The notes under the pieces are model-generated. The model worked only from the letters and a program-made list of their open reading frames with translations. It did not search any database and was not told where the DNA came from. Shown here piece after piece: positions 42,476-53,099 of a stretch of 64,000 nucleotides of DNA. The position numbers and the translations under genes were made by a program. The stretch comes from an uncultured Acidobacteriota bacterium (GTDB lineage Bacteria; Acidobacteriota; Blastocatellia; RBC074), in the NCBI GenBank assembly GCA_963796275.1, contig CAWCKY010000006.1, forward strand, positions 1,472,001 through 1,536,000. Reading direction: 5' to 3'. The stretch's first letter is position 1; each line of letters starts with the position of its first letter.

Positions 42476-43240
42476 ATGATGCGAGGAGAGCGGGTCAAAA
42501 CCGATTACCGTATAAAGCTCAAGCTCTGTTTATTTAGCGTCTTCTGCTTCATGTTCCCGACATACGAATCGGCCTCACCGTTCGGAGATTCAAAAGCAGA
42601 ACCCGACAACTGCATAAAATGTCACATCCAGTCCACGGGCCGGGCCGCGGAAGTGGTTGCTATTCATCGCGCGAGCACACACGGTAAAGTTAACATCTCC
42701 TGCAATGGCTGCCACGGCGGCGATCTTGAGCAAGCAGATAAGGTAAAAGCTCACTCGGGAAATTTCTTAGGTAAACCCGAGAGATCGGCGCTTCTGATGA
42801 TGTGCGGTAACTGTCACGAGCGGCAACTCGATCAATTCAAGGCCAGCCGTCACTTCCCGGAAAGCAGCGGCGTTCCCCGGCTCGATTGCGCGGATTGCCA
42901 TGGAGTGCACAGCATCGGAAATCCCCCCGAATCGTTCAGCTTCGGCCAATATTGCGCGAGCTGTCACGGGCTTGAATATTTGCCCGCATTGGCGCAGCCT
43001 TTTCAGGATTTACTTACCCTCACGGATCAGTTGAACGATAGGATGAAAAAGTATTCAGCAAAGAATTCTGGCAATGCTGGCAAGTCGGATGATTTTATCA
43101 AGCAACGCAAAGAGATTCGCCGCCTGACAGCAGAGATTATCCACCCCACTGGCCACTCCACCGGCCAGGGAAGCGGGATCGAAGGGATTGGGAAAATCCT
43201 GTCGGATGGGGAAAAACTTAAACGAGCGCTAACAAAATAG
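42476..43240 (+). CDS. Multiheme cytochrome c (five CxxCH motifs) with helical C-terminus
   Basis: CIKCH, CNGCH, CGNCH, CADCH, CASCH; hydrophobic N-terminus. Confidence 0.85.
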   Translation: MMRGERVKTDYRIKLKLCLFSVFCFMFPTYESASPFGDSKAEPDNCIKCHIQSTGRAAEVVAIHRASTHGKVNISCNGCHGGDLEQADKVKAHSGNFLGKPERSALLMMCGNCHERQLDQFKASRHFPESSGVPRLDCADCHGVHSIGNPPESFSFGQYCASCHGLEYLPALAQPFQDLLTLTDQLNDRMKKYSAKNSGNAGKSDDFIKQRKEIRRLTAEIIHPTGHSTGQGSGIEGIGKILSDGEKLKRALTK

Positions 43241-43374
43241 ATAGTTGATAGTTGATAGTTGAGAGTGGATAGTTTAGTTGATAGTTGATATTCGATTTTA
43301 CATAAATCCGATCAGATTGAACTACGAGGATGCCAACTATCAACTATCAACTATCAACTATCACCTCTCAGCTA
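43240..43374. repeat. Inverted heptamer tandem repeats (STRR-like hairpin)
   Basis: (GATAGTT)n at 43240-43290 and (AACTATC)4 at 43335-43362. Confidence 0.85.
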
Positions 43375-43389
43375 TTCACGGGAGTCACC

Positions 43390-44775
43390 ATGAGCGAAGC
43401 GGGAAGGAAACAGGCAATATATGCATTGGCGGTGTTGTTTGCGATCAATGCGATGAATTTCTACGATCGCCAGATCATCGCATCGGTGAGTAAACCGATA
43501 ATCGATGAATGGCAGCTCAGCGATACAGCGCTGGGCGGAATCGGCACGGCATTCATCATAATTTACGCTATTGTCGGTTTGCCGCTCGGAGTCTGGGCTG
43601 ATCGGGGATCGAGGACAAAGCTGCTGTCATTTTCGGTATCTATCTGGAGTTTATTTACGGCAGCGTCGGGTCTGGCCTGGGGTTTTTGGTCGATGTTCTT
43701 GGCGCGGTTGGGAGTGGGGGTCGGAGAAGCGGGCTGCTCTCCCGCCGCCAATTCCCTGATCGGGGATCTCTATCCGGCCAACAAGCGCGGGCGGGCGATC
43801 GCCTTCTTTATGCTCGGGCTGCCGATCGGAATATTCCTCAGCAACATGCTCAGCGGGCTGATCGCTCAAGCGTATGGCTGGCGCTGGACATTTCTTATGG
43901 CGACGATCCCCGGCTTGATCCTCGCGTTCTTTGCGCTGCGGATAAAGGAGCCGGCGCGCGGTGCGAATGAGGTTATCAGGCGCGAGAACACACCGCACAA
44001 GCTATCTTCCTACTTGCGTGTGCTGACGATACCCACCATGTGGTGGATCATCATTTCGGGCGCGCTCCATAACTTCAATGCGTATACGGTGAACTCATTC
44101 ATTCCTCTTTATCTCGGACGCCATCACGGGCTCGATATTTTGCAGGCGAATAAGATCGCCGCTTTCGTGCTCGGCGCGGTGGGTGTCATCGGGTTGCTAG
44201 CCGGCGGATTGGCTGCCGATTGGGCTCGGAGGAAGAGCCCACGGGGACGAATGCTCGTAGCTGCCCTGGCACTATTGATCGCCACACCCTGCATATATTT
44301 GGCTATCGGACAATCCAGAGGCTCTCTCGTCCCATTTATGATTCTCATGGGATTCGGATGGATGATGATGTACGTCTATTATGTAGCGGTCTATCCGGCG
44401 ATCCAGGATGTGGTTGAGCCGAGTATGCGCGGCTCGGCGATGGCGCTCTATTTCTTCGGGATGTACCTCCTCGGCGGCGCCTACGGGACATTTATCACCG
44501 GTTACTTGAGCGACCGCTTCGCCAACCAGGCGATGATCGCTGCGGGCGCCACCGTACTTGAGCCGTTTAGGGCCATCGGCCTCCAACAGGCATTCTACAT
44601 CGTGCCGGCGGTATCGGTGGTCCTGACTCTGGTTCTCTTCGCAGGCGCGCTGACAATTGCAAGAGATGTGGAAAAACTGCAAAAATGGGTAGGCGAGGGA
44701 GCGTCCGAATCGAGGGGATTCGGGGCAACTGGTGCAACCGGGGCGACCGGGGCGACCGAAATGACCGCGGATTAG
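43390..44775 (+). CDS. MFS transporter (spinster-like)
   Basis: NFYDRQI, G.WADRGSR, RLGVGVGEA..SPAANSLIGD; about 12 TM segments. Confidence 0.92.
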   Translation: MSEAGRKQAIYALAVLFAINAMNFYDRQIIASVSKPIIDEWQLSDTALGGIGTAFIIIYAIVGLPLGVWADRGSRTKLLSFSVSIWSLFTAASGLAWGFWSMFLARLGVGVGEAGCSPAANSLIGDLYPANKRGRAIAFFMLGLPIGIFLSNMLSGLIAQAYGWRWTFLMATIPGLILAFFALRIKEPARGANEVIRRENTPHKLSSYLRVLTIPTMWWIIISGALHNFNAYTVNSFIPLYLGRHHGLDILQANKIAAFVLGAVGVIGLLAGGLAADWARRKSPRGRMLVAALALLIATPCIYLAIGQSRGSLVPFMILMGFGWMMMYVYYVAVYPAIQDVVEPSMRGSAMALYFFGMYLLGGAYGTFITGYLSDRFANQAMIAAGATVLEPFRAIGLQQAFYIVPAVSVVLTLVLFAGALTIARDVEKLQKWVGEGASESRGFGATGATGATGATEMTAD

Positions 44776-44777
44776 AT

Positions 44778-45842
44778 ATGAAAAATTACCGAAGGGATTT
44801 TTTGAAAGGTGGTCTGGCGCTGGCGGCGGCGAGCCTGCCTGTTGCCCTGGCGTTTGGGCAAGACCCGCCAGTGCCGGAGCCGGTCGTCTACCTCTGTCCT
44901 ATGCATCCGGATGTGCAGGCGAAGGTCGCAGGTAAATGCCCGAAGTGCAATATGAAGCTGGTGGGATCGCAGGGCTCGGCGGCAGGCAGCGGAGATTTCT
45001 ATATCTGTCCGATGCACCCGGACATAATATCGAACACAGCCGGAATTTGCCCGAAGTGTAATATGAAGTTGGTGAAGGGCGCACCGCCGGAGACGGGCGA
45101 TTTTATCGTGAAAATCGCAACCGTTCCGAAGTCGCCGAAAGCAGGTGAGAAGGTGAAATTCCGCTTCTCAATATTTCATCCGGCGACGGACAAACAGATA
45201 AAAGAGTTCAACATCCTGCACGACATGCCATTCCACTTTTTTATCGTGAGCCAGGATTTTGAACACTTCGATCATATCCATCCTGAGAAACAGACGGACG
45301 GAAGCTTCACGATTGATACCATTCTACCGAAAGCGGGGTACTACAAACTCTTCTGCGATTTCTTTCCCGCCGGCGGGATGCCTCAGGTGACCCACCATAA
45401 TTTGGTGACTGCAGGTTTCAGCGGCGATCTGGTCTCTTCACAGGCCAGGCTCGTGCCCGATGAGTCGCTGGCCAAAAGCATACAGGGCATGCGCGTAGAA
45501 TTGAAATTCGAGCCAGCGGCGCCGTTCTCGGGTAAACCGGCAGAGCTGCGTTATCACCTGATCGACGAAAAAACGGGCGAGCCGGTCAAGGATTTGCAGC
45601 CCTATCTGGGAGCCTGGGGCCACACGTTGATTTTGAGCGAGGATGGCACCGATTATCTGCATTCTCACCCGACCGAGATGATCCCGGAAGAGATTGACCG
45701 CAGTAATCTGAAGGGCGGGCCGAATATCGTGTTCGATACATTCTTTCCTCGTCCCGCAAATTACCGAATCTGGTCGCAGTTTCAAAGACAGAACAAAATC
45801 ATTACCGTTGCCTTTACGGTCTCTGTGCCGCGATTGCGGTGA
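44778..45842 (+). CDS. Tat-exported protein with two heavy-metal-binding (CPMH) motifs and His-rich Ig-like domains
   Basis: YRRDFLK Tat motif; Y.CPMHP...G.CPKCNMKLV x2; FHFF...HFDHIHP; YLGAWGH...YLHSHP. Confidence 0.82.
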   Translation: MKNYRRDFLKGGLALAAASLPVALAFGQDPPVPEPVVYLCPMHPDVQAKVAGKCPKCNMKLVGSQGSAAGSGDFYICPMHPDIISNTAGICPKCNMKLVKGAPPETGDFIVKIATVPKSPKAGEKVKFRFSIFHPATDKQIKEFNILHDMPFHFFIVSQDFEHFDHIHPEKQTDGSFTIDTILPKAGYYKLFCDFFPAGGMPQVTHHNLVTAGFSGDLVSSQARLVPDESLAKSIQGMRVELKFEPAAPFSGKPAELRYHLIDEKTGEPVKDLQPYLGAWGHTLILSEDGTDYLHSHPTEMIPEEIDRSNLKGGPNIVFDTFFPRPANYRIWSQFQRQNKIITVAFTVSVPRLR

Positions 45843-46013
45843 AAAAAAGAATACTTGCCACGGAGGCGCAGAGAGAAGACAAGGAAACAAACAAAGAGAC
45901 AAGGGAAGGGGAGACGAGGAGTCGTTGGGGGATTTCGCAATTTGCTATTTCTCCTCACGTCTGTCGGTCTCCCCTATCTCTAACTCTGCAGCTAAATAAA
46001 GGAGGTCTTCCCC

Positions 46014-48198
46014 ATGCGAAAGACGAGCCCTCGCATCATTACCATTCTGCTCGCCCTTATCGTCACCCCAACAACATTCGCTCAAGATAAACTGTTTACT
46101 CTAGACGATCTTTATGAGCCATCCAAGCGCATCAATTTCAGCGGCGATCCGCCGAACGGGATGATCTGGCTGGATGACAGTCACTATTTGTGGCGGGGAA
46201 ACAAAATTGATGCGCTGACCGGGCAATCCGAACCTTTCTACGATAAGGCGAAGATGCAAGTAGCGCTGGCCAAATTGCCGGCGATGAGCGCGGAGAATGC
46301 CAGACGATTGGCGGAAGGGCGACTGGAGATGAACGCGAGCCGCACGGCCGCGCTGATCAACTATGCCAACGATCTTTTCTATTATCAATTCGGCAGCGAG
46401 CAGGCGATCCGCTTGACCAATACGGCGGAAGATGAAGTAGGCGAGGAGTTCAGCCCCGATGGGCGGATGGTCAGCTTCGTCCGCAACTACAACATCTTCA
46501 TCGTCGACATAGCAACGCAGCGCGAACGGTCGCTGACGAAAGACGGCAATTCCCGGCTCTTTAATGGCCGTCTCGATTGGGTCTATCAGGAAGAGCTCTA
46601 CGGGCGCGGGAACTTTCAGGGGTACTGGTGGAGCCCGGATTCGACCAGAATCGCATATCTTCAATTGGATGAATCACCGGTGAAAGATTTCGCCATCGTC
46701 GATCACATTCCGAACCAGCAGGATCTGGAAATGTACGACTATCCGAAGGCCGGAATGCCGAATCCGTCGGTGCGTCTGGGCGTCGTCAACGCGATTGGCG
46801 GCGATACAGCATGGCTCGACTTGTTCCGCTATCAGGGAGTGGAGCCGCTGATCGTTCGCGTCGGATGGAAGCCCGACGGATCAAAAGTAATTTTCGAGAT
46901 AACAAACCGCGAGCAGAATTGGCTCGACCTGAACTTCGCCGATCCGAAATCCGGCAAAGTCGAGACCGCTTTCCGCGAGACTTCGAAAGCCTGGTTCGAA
47001 ACCGACAGCGCGAGCCTGCCGAGATGGTTGAAAGATGGATCGTTTCTCTGGCTGAGCGAGCGCGATGGGTGGAAGCATATTTATCACTATTCGCCCGATT
47101 GCAAGCTGATACGACCCGTAACCTCCGGCAAATGGGAGGTCCGCGCGCTCCACGGCTATGATGAGACAGGCGCTTGGGTCTATTTTTCCGGAACAGAGCG
47201 CAGTCCGATCGGCTCTGATGCTTATCGCATCAAACTCGATGGCTCTGGGTTGCAAAGATTGACGGAAACTCCGGGAGTCCACTCGGCCAACTTCGATCCG
47301 ACCTTTACGCGATTTATAGATTCGTGGAGCGATGCGATGACGCCTCCCCAGGTGAGACTGCACAGCATTGACGGCAAGCTCGTCCGCGCGATCTTCGAGA
47401 ATAAGGCCGATATTTTGCAGCAGTACCGGTTGAGCAAGCCCGAGTTTCTGCAGGTAAAAACGCGCGATGGGTTTTCGATGGAAGCGATGATGATCAAGCC
47501 CGTCGATTTCGATCCGAAGAAGAAATATCCGGTATTCCAGCACACCTACGCCGGCCCGCACGCACCCCAGGTGCGGAATACCTGGAACAGCGGAATGGGA
47601 AACATGTGGCACCAGCTTGCTCGCCCAGAAAGGCTACATCGTGTGGATCTGCGACAACCGCTCGGCTAGCGGGAAGGGGTTGGAGTCGGCCTGGACTATC
47701 TACAAAAACTTCGGCGAACTCGAAATGCGCGATATCGAGGACGGCGTCGCCTATTTGAAGACGTTGCCTTACGTCGACGGTTCGCGCATCGGAATCAACG
47801 GATGGAGTTTCGGGGGCTACATGACCGCTTATGCGCTGACGCACTCGAAGAGCTTTAAAATCGGCATTTCGGGCGCACCGGTGACCGACTGGCATCTTTA
47901 CGACACGATCTACACCGAGCGATATATGGGCACGCCGCAGAATAATCCGGAAGGCTATGAGAAGAGCTCCGTCGTCAAAGCCGCCAAGAATTTAAACGGA
48001 AAACTGTTGCTTATTCACGGCACAATTGACGACAATGTGCATATTCAAAACTCAATTCAGTTCATTTATGAATTGCAGAAGGCGGGCAAGCAATTCGAGC
48101 TGATGATCTATCCGAAGTCTCGGCACGGCGTATCGGACCCGAGATTACAGAGACAGATGCGCGAATTGATGTTGAACTTCATCCTGGCAAATCTATGA
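46014..48198 (+). CDS. Dipeptidyl peptidase IV-like S9B peptidase; frameshift near 47616-47618
   Basis: NGRLDWVYQEE, WWSPD, YPKAG in the first ORF; GWSFGG, HGTIDDNVH, YPKSRHG in the second. Removing one base joins them (WHQLLAQKGY). Confidence 0.9.
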
Positions 48199-48203
48199 AT
48201 AAT

Positions 48204-48497
48204 AGTTTTTAGTTTATAGTTTTCAGTTTTTAGTTTCCGATCGAGGCCGCGCAACTGAATCTAAAAAACTGAAATTAACTGCACAGCCTCTTCGCCGCGT
48301 CAGCGGAGGTTGATTGTAGCCGTGGGTTTTAACCCACGGTGGCGGTAAATTTTTTTCACGTCGCGTCAGCGACGGTTGAATTCAGGCGTCGCTGACGCGA
48401 CGCGGGAATATCCTTCAAACCTTCTTTAGTTTTTAGTTTCCGATCAAGACCGCAAAACCAAAAAACTGAAAACTAAAAACTAAAAACTGAAAACTAT
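48204..48497. repeat. Two heptamer-repeat hairpins flanking a GTAG-type REP-like composite element
   Basis: (AGTTTTT)n / (AAAACT[A/G])n arms occur twice; between them GTAG-CCGTGGGTT-TT-AACCCACGG (48316-48339) and CGTCGCGTCAGCGACG / CGTCGCTGACGCGACG (48359-48402). Confidence 0.8.
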
Positions 48498-48514
48498 TTT
48501 CTGAGGGGAAAAGA

Positions 48515-49817
48515 ATGAACCATATCAGCAGAAGAGATTTTGCGAAGAGGACTGTCGCGGCTGGCGCTGGGGTCGGCATGAGCACAGCGTTGAGTAATAT
48601 GCGTATTCTTGGCGCGAATGATCGCATCAACATCGGCCTCATCGGCTGCGGCGATCGCGGCAGATCGATCTGGACCAGTTTTCTGAAGCAGCCTGATGTC
48701 AACCCGGTCGCCGTCTGCGATGTTTTCGAGACAAATCTCAATCAGGCCGCTGCGGCCGCATCCAACAAGCTGAAGGGGCACGGCGATTTCCGTCGGCTGC
48801 TGGAGATGAAAGAGATTGATGCGGTGATTATCGGCACGCCCGATCATTGGCATACTCTTCCGGCGATCGCGGCCTGTCAGGCGGGCAAGGATGCTTATGT
48901 GGAAAAACCGCTCACGCTCTTTGTGCGCGAGGGCCGCGTGCTGGTTGAAGCTGCGCGCCATAATAACCGGGTCGTTCAAACGGGCAGCCAGCAGCGTTCC
49001 GGGCCACACTATCAACAAGCCGTAAAGTTGATTCGGGAAGGCGGAATCGGAGCCGTTCATAAGATCACGGTCGGCTATACGCGCAATATCATGCCGGGGC
49101 TTAAGCAGACAGAGATTGGGAAAGAACAGCCCAAAGATTTGAACTGGGATATGTGGTTAGGGCCGGCCCCGTATGTTCCCTTCGATTCGTTTCGCTGCAT
49201 CTATCATTTCCGCTGGTTTTGGGATTATTCGGGCGGACAGATCACCAATTGGGGCGCGCACAATCTCGATATTGCGCGCTGGGCATTGGATGCCAGAGGA
49301 CCGCTCGCGGTCGCGGGGTATGGCGGGCGTTACGAGCTCAAGGATGGAGGCGAAACGCCTGATGTGCAGGAAGTGATCTACAACTTTCCGAGCTGCGTCG
49401 TCACCTGGTCCGGGCGGGAAGTCAACCGCACGCGCGATGAATACCTGGCTTTTCACGGAACGAATGGAACGCTCAGCATTATGCGAGATGGGTTTCAGGT
49501 CATCCCCGAGGTTTGGCGGCCAACCAAAAAGAACAATGCGCCGGCAATGGAACCATTGGAGACGAAGGGTGAAAGCAAGAGCCATGGATGGCCTGCATAT
49601 CCGTAACTTCCTCGATTGCGTCAAGAGCCGGCAGCGCCCCGCCGCAGATGTCGAAGAAGGCCATTTGACCGCGACCATGTGTCACCTGGGAAATATCGCC
49701 ACCCGACTCGGCCGTTCTCTGAGGTGGGACGCAGATAAGGAAGAATTCATCGGAGACAAAGAAGCAAGCCAAATGCTCACGCGGCCATATCGCAAGCCGT
49801 GGAAACTGGAATCATAA
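48515..49817 (+). CDS. Tat-exported Gfo/Idh/MocA oxidoreductase; frameshift near 49572-49580
   Basis: SRRDF Tat motif, GLIGCGDRG, TPDHWH, VEKPLT, GSQQRS, WGAHNLD; the C-terminus HIRNFLDCVKSR...YRKPW is in the +1 frame. Confidence 0.9.
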
Positions 49818-49897
49818 CCATTTATAATCGCACACGGCGATTCAGAGAACCCAACAGTATAAAAAATAAAACGGCGAGCGACTTCCAGCCCGCAATA

Positions 49898-49968
49898 AAC
49901 ACGACGAAGAATCGAAGAGAACGAAGATTGTTTTTTATCTCTTCGTCTTCCTAGTTTCTTCGTTGTTT
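49898..49968. repeat. Intergenic imperfect hairpin of ACGAAGA-type units
   Basis: AAACACGACGAAGAA...ACGAAGA ... TCTTCGT...TTCTTCGTTGTTT. Confidence 0.5.
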
Positions 49969-49988
49969 TATTTCTGAGGAAAAGGTAT

Positions 49989-51476
49989 ATGAAAGTGCTT
50001 CTCGTTTATCCTGAATTCCCTGATACATATTGGAGTTTTCGTCGTGCGCTCTATTTCTATAACAAGCGAGCGGTCCTGCCTCCGCTCGGCTTGCTCACCG
50101 TCTCGGCCATGCTTCCGCGCACCTGGGAGCGGCGGCTCGCCGATATGAACGTGCGGGCGCTCAAAGACTCCGAAATCAAATGGGCTGATATGGTCTTCAT
50201 CAGCGCAATGCTCATCCAGAAAGATTCGCTGCGCCGCGTCGTCGAGCGGTGCAAGGCGCTCGGGAAACGAGTAGCCGTAGGCGGACCATATGTCACCACG
50301 CTCGAAGAACAACTGACCGGAGTAGATCACGTTTTTCTGGGTGAAGCGGAGACGACCTTGCCCGAGTTCTTGCGCGACTTACAGTGCGGCGAAGCGAAGA
50401 GCGTCTATGGAGCCGGAGAGCGTCCTTCGCTCGCGCTCACGCCGCCCGCCGAATATCGTATCGCAGACCTCAAACGATACTTCGCCATGCCGGTGCAATA
50501 TTCGCGCGGCTGCCCGTTCCAATGCGAATTCTGCGACATCATTGAAATCTATGGCCGCGTCCCGCGCACCAAGACCAATGAACAGGTGCTGGCCGAGCTC
50601 GATGAATTGCTGAGACTTGGATGGCGCGGCCGAGTCTTCATCGTTGATGACAATTTCATCGGCAATAAAAAGAACGTGAAGCGGCTGCTGCCGGAATTGA
50701 CCGAATGGTCCGAGCGACACCGCCATCCCTTCGCTTTTCTGACTGAAGCGAGCGTCAACCTGGCCGATGATGACGAGCTGCTTCTCGGGATGCAGCGCGC
50801 CGGATTTCGTTCGGTTTTTCTCGGGATCGAGACGCCGATCGAAGAGAGTCTGAAAGAGACGCAGAAGCATCAGAACACGCGTAACGACCTGCTCGACTCT
50901 GTGCGCAAGATCCAGAGCTCAGGGATGGATGTCATGGCCGGTTTCATCGTAGGCTTCGACAACGATCCGGAGGATGTTTTCGAGAGGCAGATCAAATTCA
51001 TTACGGAGAGCGCGATTCCGCTGGCAATGGTGGGAATTCTGCAGGCGCTGCCCGGCACGCAGCTCTGGCGCCGGCTCGAGCGCGAAGGGCGACTGCTGGC
51101 GGAAGGCACGGGCAATATTTCGGAATGCGCGCTGACCTTTATTCCAAAGATGGACAGCGAGCGGCTGATCGAAGGTTACCAATCAATCGTCCATACCATA
51201 TACGCTCCTCGCGAATATTATCAGCGCACGCTCGATTGTCTTTCGCGCGTTGTGCATCGGATCCCGGAACCGCGCCGGAGCGATATTTTCCGTGACCTGG
51301 CGGCTCTGACGCGCGTTTTGCTCACGCTCGGCGTACGCGACGAGGGGCGCGGTGAATTTTGGCGATTCTTCCACAAGGCTTTGACCGATCATCGCGGGAG
51401 ATTTGAGCTGGCCATGCGCCTGGCGGCGATGGGTTATCACCTGCGCAAACTGTCGGAGGCCAACGGTGGTACGTGA
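49989..51476 (+). CDS. B12-binding domain radical SAM protein (DUF4070-type)
   Basis: [25 protein letters not shown] (CxxxCxxC), [17 protein letters not shown]. Confidence 0.9.
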   Translation: MKVLLVYPEFPDTYWSFRRALYFYNKRAVLPPLGLLTVSAMLPRTWERRLADMNVRALKDSEIKWADMVFISAMLIQKDSLRRVVERCKALGKRVAVGGPYVTTLEEQLTGVDHVFLGEAETTLPEFLRDLQCGEAKSVYGAGERPSLALTPPAEYRIADLKRYFAMPVQYSRGCPFQCEFCDIIEIYGRVPRTKTNEQVLAELDELLRLGWRGRVFIVDDNFIGNKKNVKRLLPELTEWSERHRHPFAFLTEASVNLADDDELLLGMQRAGFRSVFLGIETPIEESLKETQKHQNTRNDLLDSVRKIQSSGMDVMAGFIVGFDNDPEDVFERQIKFITESAIPLAMVGILQALPGTQLWRRLEREGRLLAEGTGNISECALTFIPKMDSERLIEGYQSIVHTIYAPREYYQRTLDCLSRVVHRIPEPRRSDIFRDLAALTRVLLTLGVRDEGRGEFWRFFHKALTDHRGRFELAMRLAAMGYHLRKLSEANGGT

Positions 51477-51523
51477 AAACATGCAGAGGGAAGGTAAACT
51501 CAGAACATATGAAGGAATTGAAG

Positions 51524-52840
51524 ATGGAGAAGAAAAAAAGGCTGATTGTTATAGGAGCGATTTTCTGTTGTGTGCTTGCGCTCGACATTTATGCGCCTGT
51601 CACGGGCAACCCGAAAATCGAAGGAGCTATCACTTTCGCCCGGGAGATCGCGCCGATCTTCCGCAATCGATGTGAAGAGTGCCATCGTCAGGGCGGAGTT
51701 GCCCCGATGTCGTTTGTGACATATGAAGAGGCGCGGCCGTGGGCGCGCGCGATTCGCGAAAAAGTCGTCAGCCGCGAGATGCCGCCCTTTCACGCTGCCG
51801 GTCCGATCGGCCGTTATCAGAACGATCCGCGCTTAACCGACGCGGAGGTAGCCGCCATCGCCAAATGGGTTGACGACGGTTCACCGAAGGGCGATTTGAA
51901 AGACATACCTGCGTCACGCGAATGGAAGAGCAAGTGGGCGCATGGCGAGCCGGATCTTATCGTGAAGGTGAAACAGCCGTTCACGGTCAGCGCGAGCGAT
52001 AAAGACCAATACGCTTTCTTCGTCTTCGATTACGTTTTTCCGGAGGACACGTGGATTCGCGCGGTCGATACGCGGCCCGGGAATCGAAAAATCGTGCATC
52101 ACGCCAACACCCACGTCGTTCCGCCGATGTTCAAAGCTCCACCCGATGGTGTCATCAAGGGCGACTTCGAGCCCGGAGCCCGCGGAACGGTGATGCTCTC
52201 GGGCTGGGCGCCGGGCGTTCAATCGGTCATGCTCTCTGAAGGGACCGCCGTGAGAATTCCGAAAGGGATGCGTCTGGGAATTCAGGTACATTACGCGCCG
52301 ACCGATAAAGAAGGCACGGATCAGACTTCGGTCGGGATATACTTTGCCGATGGGTTGATCAAGAAGCACATCAAAGTCCTTTTCGGCGACCGGCGCGACG
52401 TCGCTATCCCTCCGGGCGATCCGAACTACCGGCTCACCTCCACCAGGACTTTCGAAACCGATGCCATAATCAGCTTCTTCCACGTACATATGCATCTGCG
52501 CGGGAAATCGTACGAGATGAAGCTCACCTATCCCGACGGGCGGCAGGAGATGGCCATCGAAGTGCCGCGCTTCGATTTCAACTGGCAGCGGACATATACG
52601 CTGACCGAACCGAAGCGCGTGCCGAAAGGCACGAAGGTCGATTTCACCGGGGTCTACGACAATAGCGAGAAGAACAAATTCAACCCCGATCCGTTGCAGA
52701 CAGTGCGATGGGGAGAGAAGACGACCGACGAGATGATGCAGGGGCGCATCTTTTATGAAGCCGCGGATGAAAATCTCAACCTGAAAGTCAGGAAAGGCAT
52801 AGTGGTTCGCGAGGCTGAGACGGCTAATAAAGCTCAGTGA
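51524..52840 (+). CDS. Heme c / PHM-like copper monooxygenase fusion protein (fifth complete paralog)
   Basis: CEECH, REMPPF, VHH, QVHY, HVHMHLRG, DEMM; start at MEKKK after GAAGGA (alternative GTG at 51473). Confidence 0.8.
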   Translation: MEKKKRLIVIGAIFCCVLALDIYAPVTGNPKIEGAITFAREIAPIFRNRCEECHRQGGVAPMSFVTYEEARPWARAIREKVVSREMPPFHAAGPIGRYQNDPRLTDAEVAAIAKWVDDGSPKGDLKDIPASREWKSKWAHGEPDLIVKVKQPFTVSASDKDQYAFFVFDYVFPEDTWIRAVDTRPGNRKIVHHANTHVVPPMFKAPPDGVIKGDFEPGARGTVMLSGWAPGVQSVMLSEGTAVRIPKGMRLGIQVHYAPTDKEGTDQTSVGIYFADGLIKKHIKVLFGDRRDVAIPPGDPNYRLTSTRTFETDAIISFFHVHMHLRGKSYEMKLTYPDGRQEMAIEVPRFDFNWQRTYTLTEPKRVPKGTKVDFTGVYDNSEKNKFNPDPLQTVRWGEKTTDEMMQGRIFYEAADENLNLKVRKGIVVREAETANKAQ

Positions 52841-53099
52841 GTATCGGTAGATCGCTGTACCTCCTGTAATGAGCAAGAGCCAAGGCCTTCAGTCTGCTTT
52901 GACTCAATGCATACTGACAGACCTGCAAATTAATTTTTGTCTCAGTGGTACCAGGGACAAAATTCCACGTCTTATATAAGTGAAAAACGGTACGCCCCCT
53001 ATCTCCCCCTCACGTACCTAGATGGTACTAGCGGTTGAAGTGTGTTCAAGTCCTGTGCCACGTTATTTAAAAATATAAAAACTTAAAAGGAGAACGGCG

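Noticed and set aside
43240-43493. ORF 43278-43493 and the MFS N-terminal extension from 43330 (MPTINYQLSTI)
   Set aside because: Both are translations of the heptamer repeat; the ATG at 43390 has a GGAG RBS.
40700-49600. Programmed ribosomal frameshifting or phase variation in the split genes
   Set aside because: No slippery heptamers or long homopolymers; single duplicated bases in unrelated genes fit sequencing error better.
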